In this document: in pieces, positions 1 to 13,000 of the stretch
How positions within the stretch are numbered: the first letter of the stretch is position 1
Layout of the letters: the number at the start of each line of letters is the position of its first letter
Source: Eledone cirrhosa
Taxonomy: Eukaryota
Length of the DNA stretch: 64,000 bases
Reading direction: 5' to 3'
NCBI GenBank assembly: GCA_964016885.1
Contig: OZ024742.1
Location: forward strand, 168,950,001 to 169,014,000
Made by a program: the position numbers and the translations under genes
The notes under the pieces: generated by a model
The model's input: the letters and a program-made list of their open reading frames with translations, nothing else
Database searches by the model: none
What the model was told of the DNA's origin: nothing

Positions 1-297
1 TGATTTTTTTTACAAATTATCTCCCCTTGGCTGGCTGGAAATTATCTCCCCTTGGAGGCTGGAATTTATCTCCCCTTGGACGGCTAGAAATTACCTCTCC
101 TTGGACGGCTGGAAAATATGTCCTTGGACGGCTGGATATTATCTACCCTTGGACGGCTGGAAATTATCTCCCCTTGGACGGCTGGAAATTATCTCCCCTT
201 GGACGGCTAGATATTATCTCCCCTTGGACGGCTGGAAATTATCTCCCCTTGATTTTTTTTACAAATTATCTCCCCCTGATTTTTTTTACAAATCTAA

Positions 298-680
298 TGA
301 TTTTTAAAAAAAAATTATCTCCCCTTCGCTGGCTGGAAATTATCTCCCCTTGGACGCTGGAAATTATAGCCCCTTGGAGGGCTGGAAATTATCTTCCCTT
401 GGACGGCTGGAAATTATCTCCCCTTGGCTCGAAATTATCTCCCCTTGGACGGCTAGAAATTATCTCTCTTTGGACGGCTGGAAATTATCTCCCTTTGATT
501 TTTTTTACAAATTATCTGCCCCTGATTTTTTTTACAAATCTCCCCCTGATTTTTAAAAAAAAATTATCTCCCCTTCGCTGGCTGGAAATTATCTCCCCTT
601 GGACACTGGAAATTATAGCCTCTTGGAGGGCTGGAAATTATCTTCCCTTGGACGGCTGGAAATTATCTCTGCTTGATTTT
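298..680 (+). repeat. Short internal duplication in cassette X, period 249 bp
   Basis: TGATTTTTAAAAAAAAATTATCTCCCCTTCGCTGGCTGG...TTATAGCC...GGAGGGCTGG appears twice (CCCCTTCGCT at 321 and 570). Confidence 0.85.
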
Positions 681-1712
681 TTTTACAAATTATCTCCCCC
701 TGATTTTTTTTTACAAATTATCCCCCCCGATTTTTTTACAAATTATCTCCCCCTGATTTTTTTTACAAATTATCTCCCCTTGGACGGCTGGAAATTATCT
801 CCCCTTGGACGGCTGGAAATTATCTCCCCTTGGACGGCTAGAAGTTACCTCTCCTTGGACGACTGAAAATTATCTCCCCTTGGACGGCTGCAAATTATCT
901 CCCCTTGATTTTTTTTACAAATTATCTCCGCCTGATTTTTTTTTTAAAATTATCTCCCCTTGGACGGCTGGAAATTACCTCCCCTTGGACGGCTGGAAAT
1001 TATCTCCCCTTGATTTTTTTTACAAATTATCTCCCCCTGATTTTTTTTTACAAATTATCTCCCCCTGATTTTTTTTTTACAAATTATCTCCGCCTGATTT
1101 TTTTTTAAATTATCTCTCCTTGGACGGCTGGATATTATCTCCCCTTTCATTTTTTTTACAAATTATCTCCCCCTGATTTTTTTTTACAAATTATCTCCCC
1201 CTGATTTCTTTTTACAAATTATCTCCCCCTGATTTTTTTTTACAAATTATCTCCCCCTGATTTTTTTTTACAAATTATCTACCCCTGATTTTTTTTACAA
1301 ATTATCTCCCCCTGATTTTTTTTACAAATTATCTCTCCCTGATTTTTTTTTACAAATTATCTCCCCCTGATTTTTTTTTACAAATTATCTACCCCTGATT
1401 TTTTTTTACAAATTATCTCCCCCTGATTTTTTTTACAAATTATCTCCCCCTGATTTTTTTACAAATTATCTCCCCCCGATTTTTTTTACAAATTATCTCC
1501 GCCTAATTTTTTTAAATATTATCTTCCCTTGGCTGGCGGGAAATTATCTCCCCTTGGACGGCTGAAAATTATCTCCCCTTGGACGGCTGGAAATTATCTC
1601 CCCTTGATTTTTTTACAAATTATCTCCCCCTGATTATTTTTTACAAATTATCTCCCCCTGATTTTTTTTTACAAATTATCTCCCTCTGATTTTTTTTACA
1701 AATTATCTCCCC

Positions 1713-3480
1713 TTGGCTGGCTGGAAATTATCTCCCCTTGGAGGCTGGAATTTATCTCCCCTTGGACGGTTAGAAATTACCTCTCCTTGGACTGCTGGAA
1801 AATATGTCTCCTTGGACGGCTGGAAATTATCTCCCCTTGGACGGCTGGAAATTATCTCCCCTTGGACGGCTGGAAATTATCTCTCCTCGGACGACTAGAA
1901 ATTACCTCTCCTTGGACAGCTGAAAATTATCTCCCCTTGGACGGCTGGAAATTATCTCCCCTTGATTTTTTTTACAAATTATCTCCCCCTGATTTTTTTT
2001 TACAAATTATCTCCCCCTGATTTTTTTTTACAAATTATCTCCCCCTGATTTTTTTTACAAATTATCTCCCCCTGATATTTTTTACAAATTATCTCCCCCT
2101 GATTTTTTTACAAATTATCTCCCCTTGGCTGGCTGGAAATTATCTCCCCTTGGAGGCTGGAATTTATCTCCCCTTGGACGGCTAGAAATTACCTCGCCTT
2201 GGACGGCTGGAAAATATGTCTCCTTGGACGGCTGGAAATTATCTCCCCTTGGACGGCTGGAAATTATCTCCCCTTGGACGGCTAGATATTACCTCCCCTT
2301 GGACGGCTGGAAATTATCTCCCCTTGATTTTTTTTACAAATTATCTCCCCCTGATTTTTTTTTACAAATTATCTCCCCCTGATTTTTTTTTACAAATTAT
2401 CTACCCCTGATTTTTTTTACAAATTATCTCCCCCTGATTTTTTTTACAAATTATCTCTCCCTGATTTTTTTTTACAAATTATCTACCCCTGATTTTTTTT
2501 TACAAATTATCTCCCCCTGATTTTTTTTACAAATTATCTCCCCCTGATTTTTTTTACAAATTATCTCCCCCTGATTTTTTTACAAATTATCTCCCCCCGA
2601 TTTTTTTTACAAATTATCTCCGCCTAATTTTTTTAAATATTATCTTCCCTTGGCTGGCGGGAAATTATCTCCCCTTGGACGGCTGAAAATTATCTCCCCT
2701 TGGACGGCTGGAAATTATCTCCCCTTGATTTTTTTACAAATTATCTCACCCTGATTATTTTTTACAAATTATCTCCCCCTGATTTTTTTTTACAAATTAT
2801 CTCCCTCTGATTTTTTTTACAAATTATCTCCCCTTGGCTGGCTGGAAATTATCTCCCCTTGGAGGCTGGAATTTATCTCCCCTTGGACGGTTAGAAATTA
2901 CCTCTCCTTGGACTGCTGGAAAATAGGGTCTCCTTGGACGGCTGGAAATTATCTCCCCTGGGACGGCTGGAAATTATCTCCCCTTGGACGGCTGGAAATT
3001 ATCTCTCCTCGGACGACTAGAAATTACCTCTCCTTGGACAGCTGAAAATTATCTCCCCTTGGACGGCTGGAAATTATCTCCCCTTGATTTTTTTTACAAA
3101 TTATCTCCCCCTGATTTTTTTTTACAAATTATCTCCCCCTGATTTTATTTTACAAATTATCTCCCCCTGATTTTTTTACAAATTATCTCCCCCTGATATT
3201 TTTTACAAATTATCTCCCCCTGATTTTTTTACAAATTATCTCCCCTTGGCTGGCTGGAAATTATCTCCCCTTGGAGGCTGGAATTTATCTCCCCTTGGAC
3301 GGCTAGAAATTACCTCGCCTTGGACGGCTGGAAAATATGTCTCCTTGGACGGCTGGAAATTATCTCCCCTTGGACGGCTGGAAATTATCTCCCCTTGGAC
3401 GGCTGGAAATTATCTCCCCTTGGACGGCTAGATATTACCTCCCCTTGGACGGCTGGAAATTATCTCCCCTTGATTTTTTT
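1713..3480 (+). repeat. Internal P-Q dimer repeat, period 1121 bp
   Basis: P at 1713 and 2834, Q at 2125 and 3246, with shared markers GGTTAGAA, CTCGGACGACTAG and CCTCGCC. Confidence 0.9.
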
Positions 3481-4367
3481 TACAAATTATCTCCCCCTGA
3501 TTTTTTTTTACAAATTATCTCCCTGATTTTTTTTTACGAATTATCTCCCCCTGATTTTTTTTTACAAATTATCTACGCCTGATTTTTTTTTAAAAATTAT
3601 CTCCCCTTGAACGGCTGGAAATTATCTCCCCTTGGACGGCTGGAAATTATCTCCCCTTGGACGGCTAGAAATTACCTCTCCTTGGACGGCTGAAAATTAT
3701 CTCCCCTTGGACGGCTGCAAATTATCTCCCCTTGATTTTTTAACAAATTATCTCCCCCTGATTTTTTTTTACAAATTATCTCCCCCTGATTTTTTTTTAC
3801 AAATTATCTACGCCTAAGTTTTTTTACAAATTATCTCCCCCTGATTTTTTTTTACAAATTATCTCCCCCTGATTTTTTTTACAAATTATCTCCCCCTGAT
3901 TTTTTTTTACAAATTATTTCCCCCTGATTTTTTTACAAATTATCTCCCCCCTGATTTTTTTTACAATCTCCGCCTGATTTTTTAAAAAATTATCTTCCCT
4001 TGGCTGGCGGGAAATTATCTCCCCTTGGACGGCTGGAAATTATATCCCCTTGGACGGCTGGAAATTACCTCCCCTTGGACAGCTGGAAATTATCTGCCCT
4101 TGATTTTGTTTTTACAAATTATCTCCCCCTGATTTTTTTTACAAATTATCTCCACCTGATTTTTTAAAAAATTATCTCCCCTTGGACGGCTGGAAATTAT
4201 CTCCCCTTGATTTTTTTACAAATTATCTCCCCCTGATTTTTTTTACAAATTATCTCCCCCTGATTTTTTTTTTACAAATTATCTCCCCCTGATTTTTTTA
4301 CAAATTATCTCCCCCTGATTTTTTTTACAAATTATCTCCGCCTGATTTTTTTAAATATTATCTTCCC

Positions 4368-6960
4368 TTGGCTGGCGGGAAATTATCTCCCCTTGGACGG
4401 CTGAAAATTATCTCCCCTTGGACGGCTGGAAATTATCTCCCCTTGATTTTTTTTACAAATTATCTCCCCCTGATTTTTTTTTACAAATTATCTCCCCTGA
4501 TTTTTTTTTACAAATTATCTGCCCCTGATTTTTTTTACAAATTATCTCCCCCTGATTTTTTTACAAATTATCTCCCCTTGGCTGGCTGGAAATTATCTCC
4601 CCTTGGAGGCTGGATTTTATCTCCCCTTGGACGGCTAGAAATTACCTCTCCTTGGACGGCTGGAAAATATTTCTCCTTGGACGGCTGGATATTATCTACC
4701 CTTGGACGGGTGGAAATTATCTCCCCTTGGACGGCTGGAAATTATCTCCCCTTGGACGGCTAGATATTACCTCCCCTTGGACGGCTGGAAATTATCTCCC
4801 CTTGATTTTTTTTACAAATTATCTCCCCCTGATTTTTTTTTTACAAATTATCTCCCCCTGATTTTTTTACAAATTATCTCCCCCTGATTTTTTTTACAAA
4901 TTATCTCCGCCTGATTTTTTTAAATATTATCTTCCCTTGGCTGGCGGGAAATTATCTCCCCTTGGACGGCTGAAAATTATCTCCCCTTGGACGGCTGGAA
5001 ATTATCTCCCCTTGATTTTTTTTACAAATTATCTCCCCCTGATTATTTTTTACAAATTATCTTTCCCTGATTTTTTTTTACAAATTATCTCCCCCTGATT
5101 TTTTTTACAAATTATCTCCCCCTGATTTTTTTACAAATTATCTCCCCTTGGCTGGCTGGAAATTATCTCCCCTTGGTGGCTGGAATTTATCTCCCCTTGG
5201 ACGGCTGGAAATTATCTCTCCTTGGACGGCTAGTAATTACCTCTCCTTGGACGGCTGGAAAATATGTCTCGTTGGAGGGCTGGAAATTATCTCCCCTTGG
5301 ACGGCTGGAAATTATCTCCCCTTGGACGGCTGGAAATTATCTCTCCTTGGACGGCTAGAAATTACCTCTCCTTGGACGGCTGAAAATTATCTCTCCTTGG
5401 ACGGCTGGAAATTATCTCCCCTTGGACGGCTAGATATTACCTCCCCTTGGACGGCTGGAAATTATCTCCCCTTGATTTTTTTTACAAATTATCTCCCCCT
5501 GATTTTTTTTACAAATTATCTACCCCTGATTTTTTTTTTACAAATTATCTCCCCCTGATTTTTTTACAAATTATCTCCCCCTGATTTTTTTTACAAATTA
5601 TCTCCGCCTGATTTTTTTAAATATTATCTTCCCTTGGCTGGCGGGAAATTATCTCCCCTTGGACGGCTGAAAATTATCTCCCCTTGGACGGCTGGAAATT
5701 ATCTCCCCTTGATTTTTTTTACAAATTATCTCCCCCTGATTTTTTTTTACAAATTATCTCCCCCTGATATTTTTTTACAAATTATCTGCCCCTGATTTTT
5801 TTTACAAATTATCTCCCCCTGATTTTTTTACAAATTATCTCCCCTTGGCTGGCTGGAAATTATCTCCCCTTGGAGGCTGGAATTTTATCTCCCCTTGGAC
5901 GGCTAGAAATTACCTCTCCTTGGACGGCTGGAAAATATTTCTCCTTGGACGGCTGGATATTATCTACCCTTGGACGGGTGGAAATTATCTCCCCTTGGAC
6001 GGCTGGAAATTATCTCCCCTTGGACGGCTAGATATTACCTCCCCTTGGACGGCTGGAAATTATCTCCCCTTGATTTTTTTTACAAATTATCTCCCCCTGA
6101 TTTTTTTTTTACAAATTATCTCCCCCTGATTTTTTTACAAATTATCTCCCCCTGATTTTTTTTACAAATTATCTCCGCCTGATTTTTTTAAATATTATCT
6201 TCCCTTGGCTGGCGGGAAATTATCTCCCCTTGGACGGCTGAAAATTATCTCCCCTTGGACGGCTGGAAATTATCTCCCCTTGATTTTTTTTACAAATTAT
6301 CTCCCCCTGATTATTTTTTACAAATTATCTGTCCCTGATTTTTTTTTACAAATTATCTCCCCCTGATTTTTTTTACAAATTATCTCCCCCTGATTTTTTT
6401 ACAAATTATCTCCCCTTGGCTGGCTGGAAATTATCTCCCCTTGGTGGCTGGAATTTATCTCCCCTTGGACGGCTGGAAATTATCTCTCCTTGGACGGCTA
6501 GTAATTACCTCTCCTTGGACGGCTGGAAAATATGTCTCGTTGGAGGGCTGGAAATTATCTCCCCTTGGACGGCTGGAAATTATCTCCCCTTGGACGGCTG
6601 GAAATTATCTCTCCTTGGACGGCTAGAAATTACCTCTCCTTGGACGGTTGAAAATTATCTCTCCTTGGACGGCTGGAAATTATCTACCCTTGGACGGCTA
6701 GATATTACCTCCCCTTGGACGGCTGGAAATTATCTCCCCTTGATTTTTTTTACAAATTATCTCCCCCTGATTTTTTTTACAAATTATCTACACCTGATTT
6801 TTTTACAAATTATCTCCCCCTGATTTTTTTTACAAATTATCTCCGCCTAATTTTTTTAAATATTATCTTCCCTTGGCTGGCGGGAAATTATCTCCCCTTG
6901 GACGGCTGAAAATTATCTCCCCTTGGACGGCTGGAAATTATCTCCCCTTGATTTTTTTTA
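4368..6960 (+). repeat. Internal S-T dimer repeat, period 1268 bp
   Basis: Landmarks 4702/5970 and 5148/6416, with shared markers GGACGGGTGG, GGTGGCTGG and CTAGTAATT. Confidence 0.9.
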
Positions 6961-7085
6961 GAAATTATCTCCCCCTGATTTTTTTTTACAAATTATATCC
7001 CCCTGATTTTTTTTTACAAATTATCTCCCCCTGATTTTTTTTTACAAATTATCTCCCCCTGATTTTTTTTACAAATTATCTCCCC

Positions 7086-10000
7086 TTGGCTGGCTGGAAA
7101 TTATCTCCCCTTGGAGGCTGGAATTTATCTCCCCTTGGACGGCTAGAAATTACCTCTCCTTGGACGGCTGGAAAATATGTCCTTGGACGGCTGGATATTA
7201 TCTACCCTTGGACGGCTGGAAATTATCTCCCCTTGGACGGCTGGAAATTATCTCCCCTTGGACGGCTAGATATTATCTCCCCTTGGACGGCTGGAAATTA
7301 TCTCCCCTTGATTTTTTTTACAAATTATCTCCCCCTGATTTTTTTTACAAATCTAATGATTTTTAAAAAAAAATTATCTCCCCTTCGCTGGCTGGAAATT
7401 ATCTCCCCTTGGACGCTGGAAATTATAGCCCCTTGGAGGGCTGGAAATTATCTTCCCTTGGACGGCTGGAAATTATCTCCCCTTGGCTCGAAATTATCTC
7501 CCCTTGGACGGCTAGAAATTATCTCTCTTTGGACGGCTGGAAATTATCTCCCTTTGATTTTTTTTACAAATTATCTGCCCCTGATTTTTTTTACAAATCT
7601 CCCCCTGATTTTTAAAAAAAAATTATCTCCCCTTCGCTGGCTGGAAATTATCTCCCCTTGGACACTGGAAATTATAGCCTCTTGGAGGGCTGGAAATTAT
7701 CTTCCCTTGGACGGCTGGAAATTATCTCTGCTTGATTTTTTTTACAAATTATCTCCCCCTGATTTTTTTTTACAAATTATCCCCCCCGATTTTTTTTACA
7801 AATTATCTCCCCCTGATTTTTTTTACAAATTATCTCCCCTTGGACGGCTGGAAATTATCTCCCCTTGGACGGCTGGAAATTATCTCCCCTTGGACGGCTA
7901 GAAGTTACCTCTCCTTGGACGACTGAAAATTATCTCCCCTTGGACGGCTGCAAATTATCTCCCCTTGATTTTTTTTACAAATTATCTCCGCCTGATTTTT
8001 TTTTTAAAATTATCTCCCCTTGGACGGCTGGAAATTACCTCCCCTTGGACGGCTGGAAATTATCTCCCCTTGATTTTTTTTACAAATTATCTCCCCCTGA
8101 TTTTTTTTTACAAATTATCTCCCCCTGATTTTTTTTTTACAAATTATCTCCGCCTGATTTTTTTTTAAATTATCTCTCCTTGGACGGCTGGATATTATCT
8201 CCCCTTTCATTTTTTTTACAAATTATCTCCCCCTGATTTTTTTTTACAAATTATCTCCCCCTGATTTCTTTTTACAAATTATCTCCCCCTGATTTTTTTT
8301 TACAAATTATCTCCCCCTGATTTTTTTTTACAAATTATCTACCCCTGATTTTTTTTACAAATTATCTCCCCCTGATTTTTTTTACAAATTATCTCTCCCT
8401 GATTTTTTTTTACAAATTATCTCCCCCTGATTTTTTTTTACAAATTATCTACCCCTGATTTTTTTTTACAAATTATCTCCCCCTGATTTTTTTTACAAAT
8501 TATCTCCCCCTGATTTTTTTACAAATTATCTCCCCCCGATTTTTTTTACAAATTATCTCCGCCTAATTTTTTTAAATATTATCTTCCCTTGGCTGGCGGG
8601 AAATTATCTCCCCTTGGACGGCTGAAAATTATCTCCCCTTGGACGGCTGGAAATTATCTCCCCTTGATTTTTTTACAAATTATCTCCCCCTGATTATTTT
8701 TTACAAATTATCTCCCCCTGATTTTTTTTTACAAATTATCTCCCTCTGATTTTTTTTACAAATTATCTCCCCTTGGCTGGCTGGAAATTATCTCCCCTTG
8801 GAGGCTGGAATTTATCTCCCCTTGGACGGTTAGAAATTACCTCTCCTTGGACTGCTGGAAAATATGTCTCCTTGGACGGCTGGAAATTATCTCCCCTTGG
8901 ACGGCTGGAAATTATCTCCCCTTGGACGGCTGGAAATTATCTCTCCTCGGACGACTAGAAATTACCTCTCCTTGGACAGCTGAAAATTATCTCCCCTTGG
9001 ACGGCTGGAAATTATCTCCCCTTGATTTTTTTTACAAATTATCTCCCCCTGATTTTTTTTTACAAATTATCTCCCCCTGATTTTTTTTTACAAATTATCT
9101 CCCCCTGATTTTTTTTACAAATTATCTCCCCCTGATATTTTTTACAAATTATCTCCCCCTGATTTTTTTACAAATTATCTCCCCTTGGCTGGCTGGAAAT
9201 TATCTCCCCTTGGAGGCTGGAATTTATCTCCCCTTGGACGGCTAGAAATTACCTCGCCTTGGACGGCTGGAAAATATGTCTCCTTGGACGGCTGGAAATT
9301 ATCTCCCCTTGGACGGCTGGAAATTATCTCCCCTTGGACGGCTAGATATTACCTCCCCTTGGACGGCTGGAAATTATCTCCCCTTGATTTTTTTTACAAA
9401 TTATCTCCCCCTGATTTTTTTTTACAAATTATCTCCCCCTGATTTTTTTTTACAAATTATCTACCCCTGATTTTTTTTACAAATTATCTCCCCCTGATTT
9501 TTTTTACAAATTATCTCTCCCTGATTTTTTTTTACAAATTATCTACCCCTGATTTTTTTTTACAAATTATCTCCCCCTGATTTTTTTTACAAATTATCTC
9601 CCCCTGATTTTTTTTACAAATTATCTCCCCCTGATTTTTTTACAAATTATCTCCCCCCGATTTTTTTTACAAATTATCTCCGCCTAATTTTTTTAAATAT
9701 TATCTTCCCTTGGCTGGCGGGAAATTATCTCCCCTTGGACGGCTGAAAATTATCTCCCCTTGGACGGCTGGAAATTATCTCCCCTTGATTTTTTTACAAA
9801 TTATCTCACCCTGATTATTTTTTACAAATTATCTCCCCCTGATTTTTTTTTACAAATTATCTCCCTCTGATTTTTTTTACAAATTATCTCCCCTTGGCTG
9901 GCTGGAAATTATCTCCCCTTGGAGGCTGGAATTTATCTCCCCTTGGACGGTTAGAAATTACCTCTCCTTGGACTGCTGGAAAATAGGGTCTCCTTGGACG

Positions 10001-13000
10001 GCTGGAAATTATCTCCCCTGGGACGGCTGGAAATTATCTCCCCTTGGACGGCTGGAAATTATCTCTCCTCGGACGACTAGAAATTACCTCTCCTTGGACA
10101 GCTGAAAATTATCTCCCCTTGGACGGCTGGAAATTATCTCCCCTTGATTTTTTTTACAAATTATCTCCCCCTGATTTTTTTTTACAAATTATCTCCCCCT
10201 GATTTTATTTTACAAATTATCTCCCCCTGATTTTTTTACAAATTATCTCCCCCTGATATTTTTTACAAATTATCTCCCCCTGATTTTTTTACAAATTATC
10301 TCCCCTTGGCTGGCTGGAAATTATCTCCCCTTGGAGGCTGGAATTTATCTCCCCTTGGACGGCTAGAAATTACCTCGCCTTGGACGGCTGGAAAATATGT
10401 CTCCTTGGACGGCTGGAAATTATCTCCCCTTGGACGGCTGGAAATTATCTCCCCTTGGACGGCTGGAAATTATCTCCCCTTGGACGGCTAGATATTACCT
10501 CCCCTTGGACGGCTGGAAATTATCTCCCCTTGATTTTTTTTACAAATTATCTCCCCCTGATTTTTTTTTACAAATTATCTCCCTGATTTTTTTTTACGAA
10601 TTATCTCCCCCTGATTTTTTTTTACAAATTATCTACGCCTGATTTTTTTTTAAAAATTATCTCCCCTTGAACGGCTGGAAATTATCTCCCCTTGGACGGC
10701 TGGAAATTATCTCCCCTTGGACGGCTAGAAATTACCTCTCCTTGGACGGCTGAAAATTATCTCCCCTTGGACGGCTGCAAATTATCTCCCCTTGATTTTT
10801 TAACAAATTATCTCCCCCTGATTTTTTTTTACAAATTATCTCCCCCTGATTTTTTTTTACAAATTATCTACGCCTAAGTTTTTTTACAAATTATCTCCCC
10901 CTGATTTTTTTTTACAAATTATCTCCCCCTGATTTTTTTTACAAATTATCTCCCCCTGATTTTTTTTTACAAATTATTTCCCCCTGATTTTTTTACAAAT
11001 TATCTCCCCCCTGATTTTTTTTACAATCTCCGCCTGATTTTTTAAAAAATTATCTTCCCTTGGCTGGCGGGAAATTATCTCCCCTTGGACGGCTGGAAAT
11101 TATATCCCCTTGGACGGCTGGAAATTACCTCCCCTTGGACAGCTGGAAATTATCTGCCCTTGATTTTGTTTTTACAAATTATCTCCCCCTGATTTTTTTT
11201 ACAAATTATCTCCACCTGATTTTTTAAAAAATTATCTCCCCTTGGACGGCTGGAAATTATCTCCCCTTGATTTTTTTACAAATTATCTCCCCCTGATTTT
11301 TTTTACAAATTATCTCCCCCTGATTTTTTTTTTACAAATTATCTCCCCCTGATTTTTTTACAAATTATCTCCCCCTGATTTTTTTTACAAATTATCTCCG
11401 CCTGATTTTTTTAAATATTATCTTCCCTTGGCTGGCGGGAAATTATCTCCCCTTGGACGGCTGAAAATTATCTCCCCTTGGACGGCTGGAAATTATCTCC
11501 CCTTGATTTTTTTTACAAATTATCTCCCCCTGATTTTTTTTTACAAATTATCTCCCCTGATTTTTTTTTACAAATTATCTGCCCCTGATTTTTTTTACAA
11601 ATTATCTCCCCCTGATTTTTTTACAAATTATCTCCCCTTGGCTGGCTGGAAATTATCTCCCCTTGGAGGCTGGAATTTATCTCCCCTTGGACGGCTAGAA
11701 ATTACCTCTCCTTGGACGGCTGGAAAATATTTCTCCTTGGACGGCTGGATATTATCTACCCTTGGACGGGTGGAAATTATCTCCCCTTGGACGGCTGGAA
11801 ATTATCTCCCCTTGGACGGCTAGATATTACCTCCCCTTGGACGGCTGGAAATTATCTCCCCTTGATTTTTTTTACAAATTATCTCCCCCTGATTTTTTTT
11901 TTACAAATTATCTCCCCCTGATTTTTTTACAAATTATCTCCCCCTGATTTTTTTTACAAATTATCTCCGCCTGATTTTTTTAAATATTATCTTCCCTTGG
12001 CTGGCGGGAAATTATCTCCCCTTGGACGGCTGAAAATTATCTCCCCTTGGACGGCTGGAAATTATCTCCCCTTGATTTTTTTTACAAATTATCTCCCCCT
12101 GATTATTTTTTACAAATTATCTTTCCCTGATTTTTTTTTACAAATTATCTCCCCCTGATTTTTTTTACAAATTATCTCCCCCTGATTTTTTTACAAATTA
12201 TCTCCCCTTGGCTGGCTGGAAATTATCTCCCCTTGGTGGCTGGAATTTATCTCCCCTTGGACGGCTGGAAATTATCTCTCCTTGGACGGCTAGTAATTAC
12301 CTCTCCTTGGACGGCTGGAAAATATGTCTCGTTGGAGGGCTGGAAATTATCTCCCCTTGGACGGCTGGAAATTATCTCCCCTTGGACGGCTGGAAATTAT
12401 CTCTCCTTGGACGGCTAGAAATTACCTCTCCTTGGACGGCTGAAAATTATCTCTCCTTGGACGGCTGGAAATTATCTCCCCTTGGACGGCTAGATATTAC
12501 CACCCCTTGGACGGCTGGAAATTATCTCCCCTTGATTTTTTTTACAAATTATCTCCCCCTGATTTTTTTTACAAATTATCTACCCCTGATTTTTTTTTTA
12601 CAAATTATCTCCCCCTGATTTTTTTACAAATTATCTCCCCCTGATTTTTTTTACAAATTATCTCCGCCTGATTTTTTTAAATATTATCTTCCCTTGGCTG
12701 GCGGGAAATTATCTCCCCTTGGACGGCTGAAAATTATCTCCCCTTGGACGGCTGGAAATTATCTCCCCTTGATTTTTTTTACAAATTATCTCCCCCTGAT
12801 TTTTTTTTACAAATTATCTCCCCCTGATATTTTTTTACAAATTATCTGCCCCTGATTTTTTTTACAAATTATCTCCCCCTGATTTTTTTACAAATTATCT
12901 CCCCTTGGCTGGCTGGAAATTATCTCCCCTTGGAGGCTGGAATTTTATCTCCCCTTGGACGGCTAGAAATTACCTCTCCTTGGACGGCTGGAAAATATTT

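Larger units (their letters stand above)
27..7085 (+). repeat. HOR copy 1 (7059 bp): cassettes X-P-Q-P'-Q'-R-S-T-S'-T'
   Basis: ORF-track landmarks recur at +7059/+7060 (27/7086, 1713/8773, 3632/10692, 5148/12208, 6416/13476). Cassette markers: X AAAATATGTCCTTGG, P GGACTGCTGG, Q CCTCGCC, R TTGAACGG, S GGACGGGTGG, T GTCTCGTTGGAGGG. Confidence 0.95.

Noticed and set aside
1131-1520. Intrinsic terminators or phase-variable poly-T tracts
   Set aside because: There is no GC hairpin before the T runs and no gene context; the tracts are part of monomer B.
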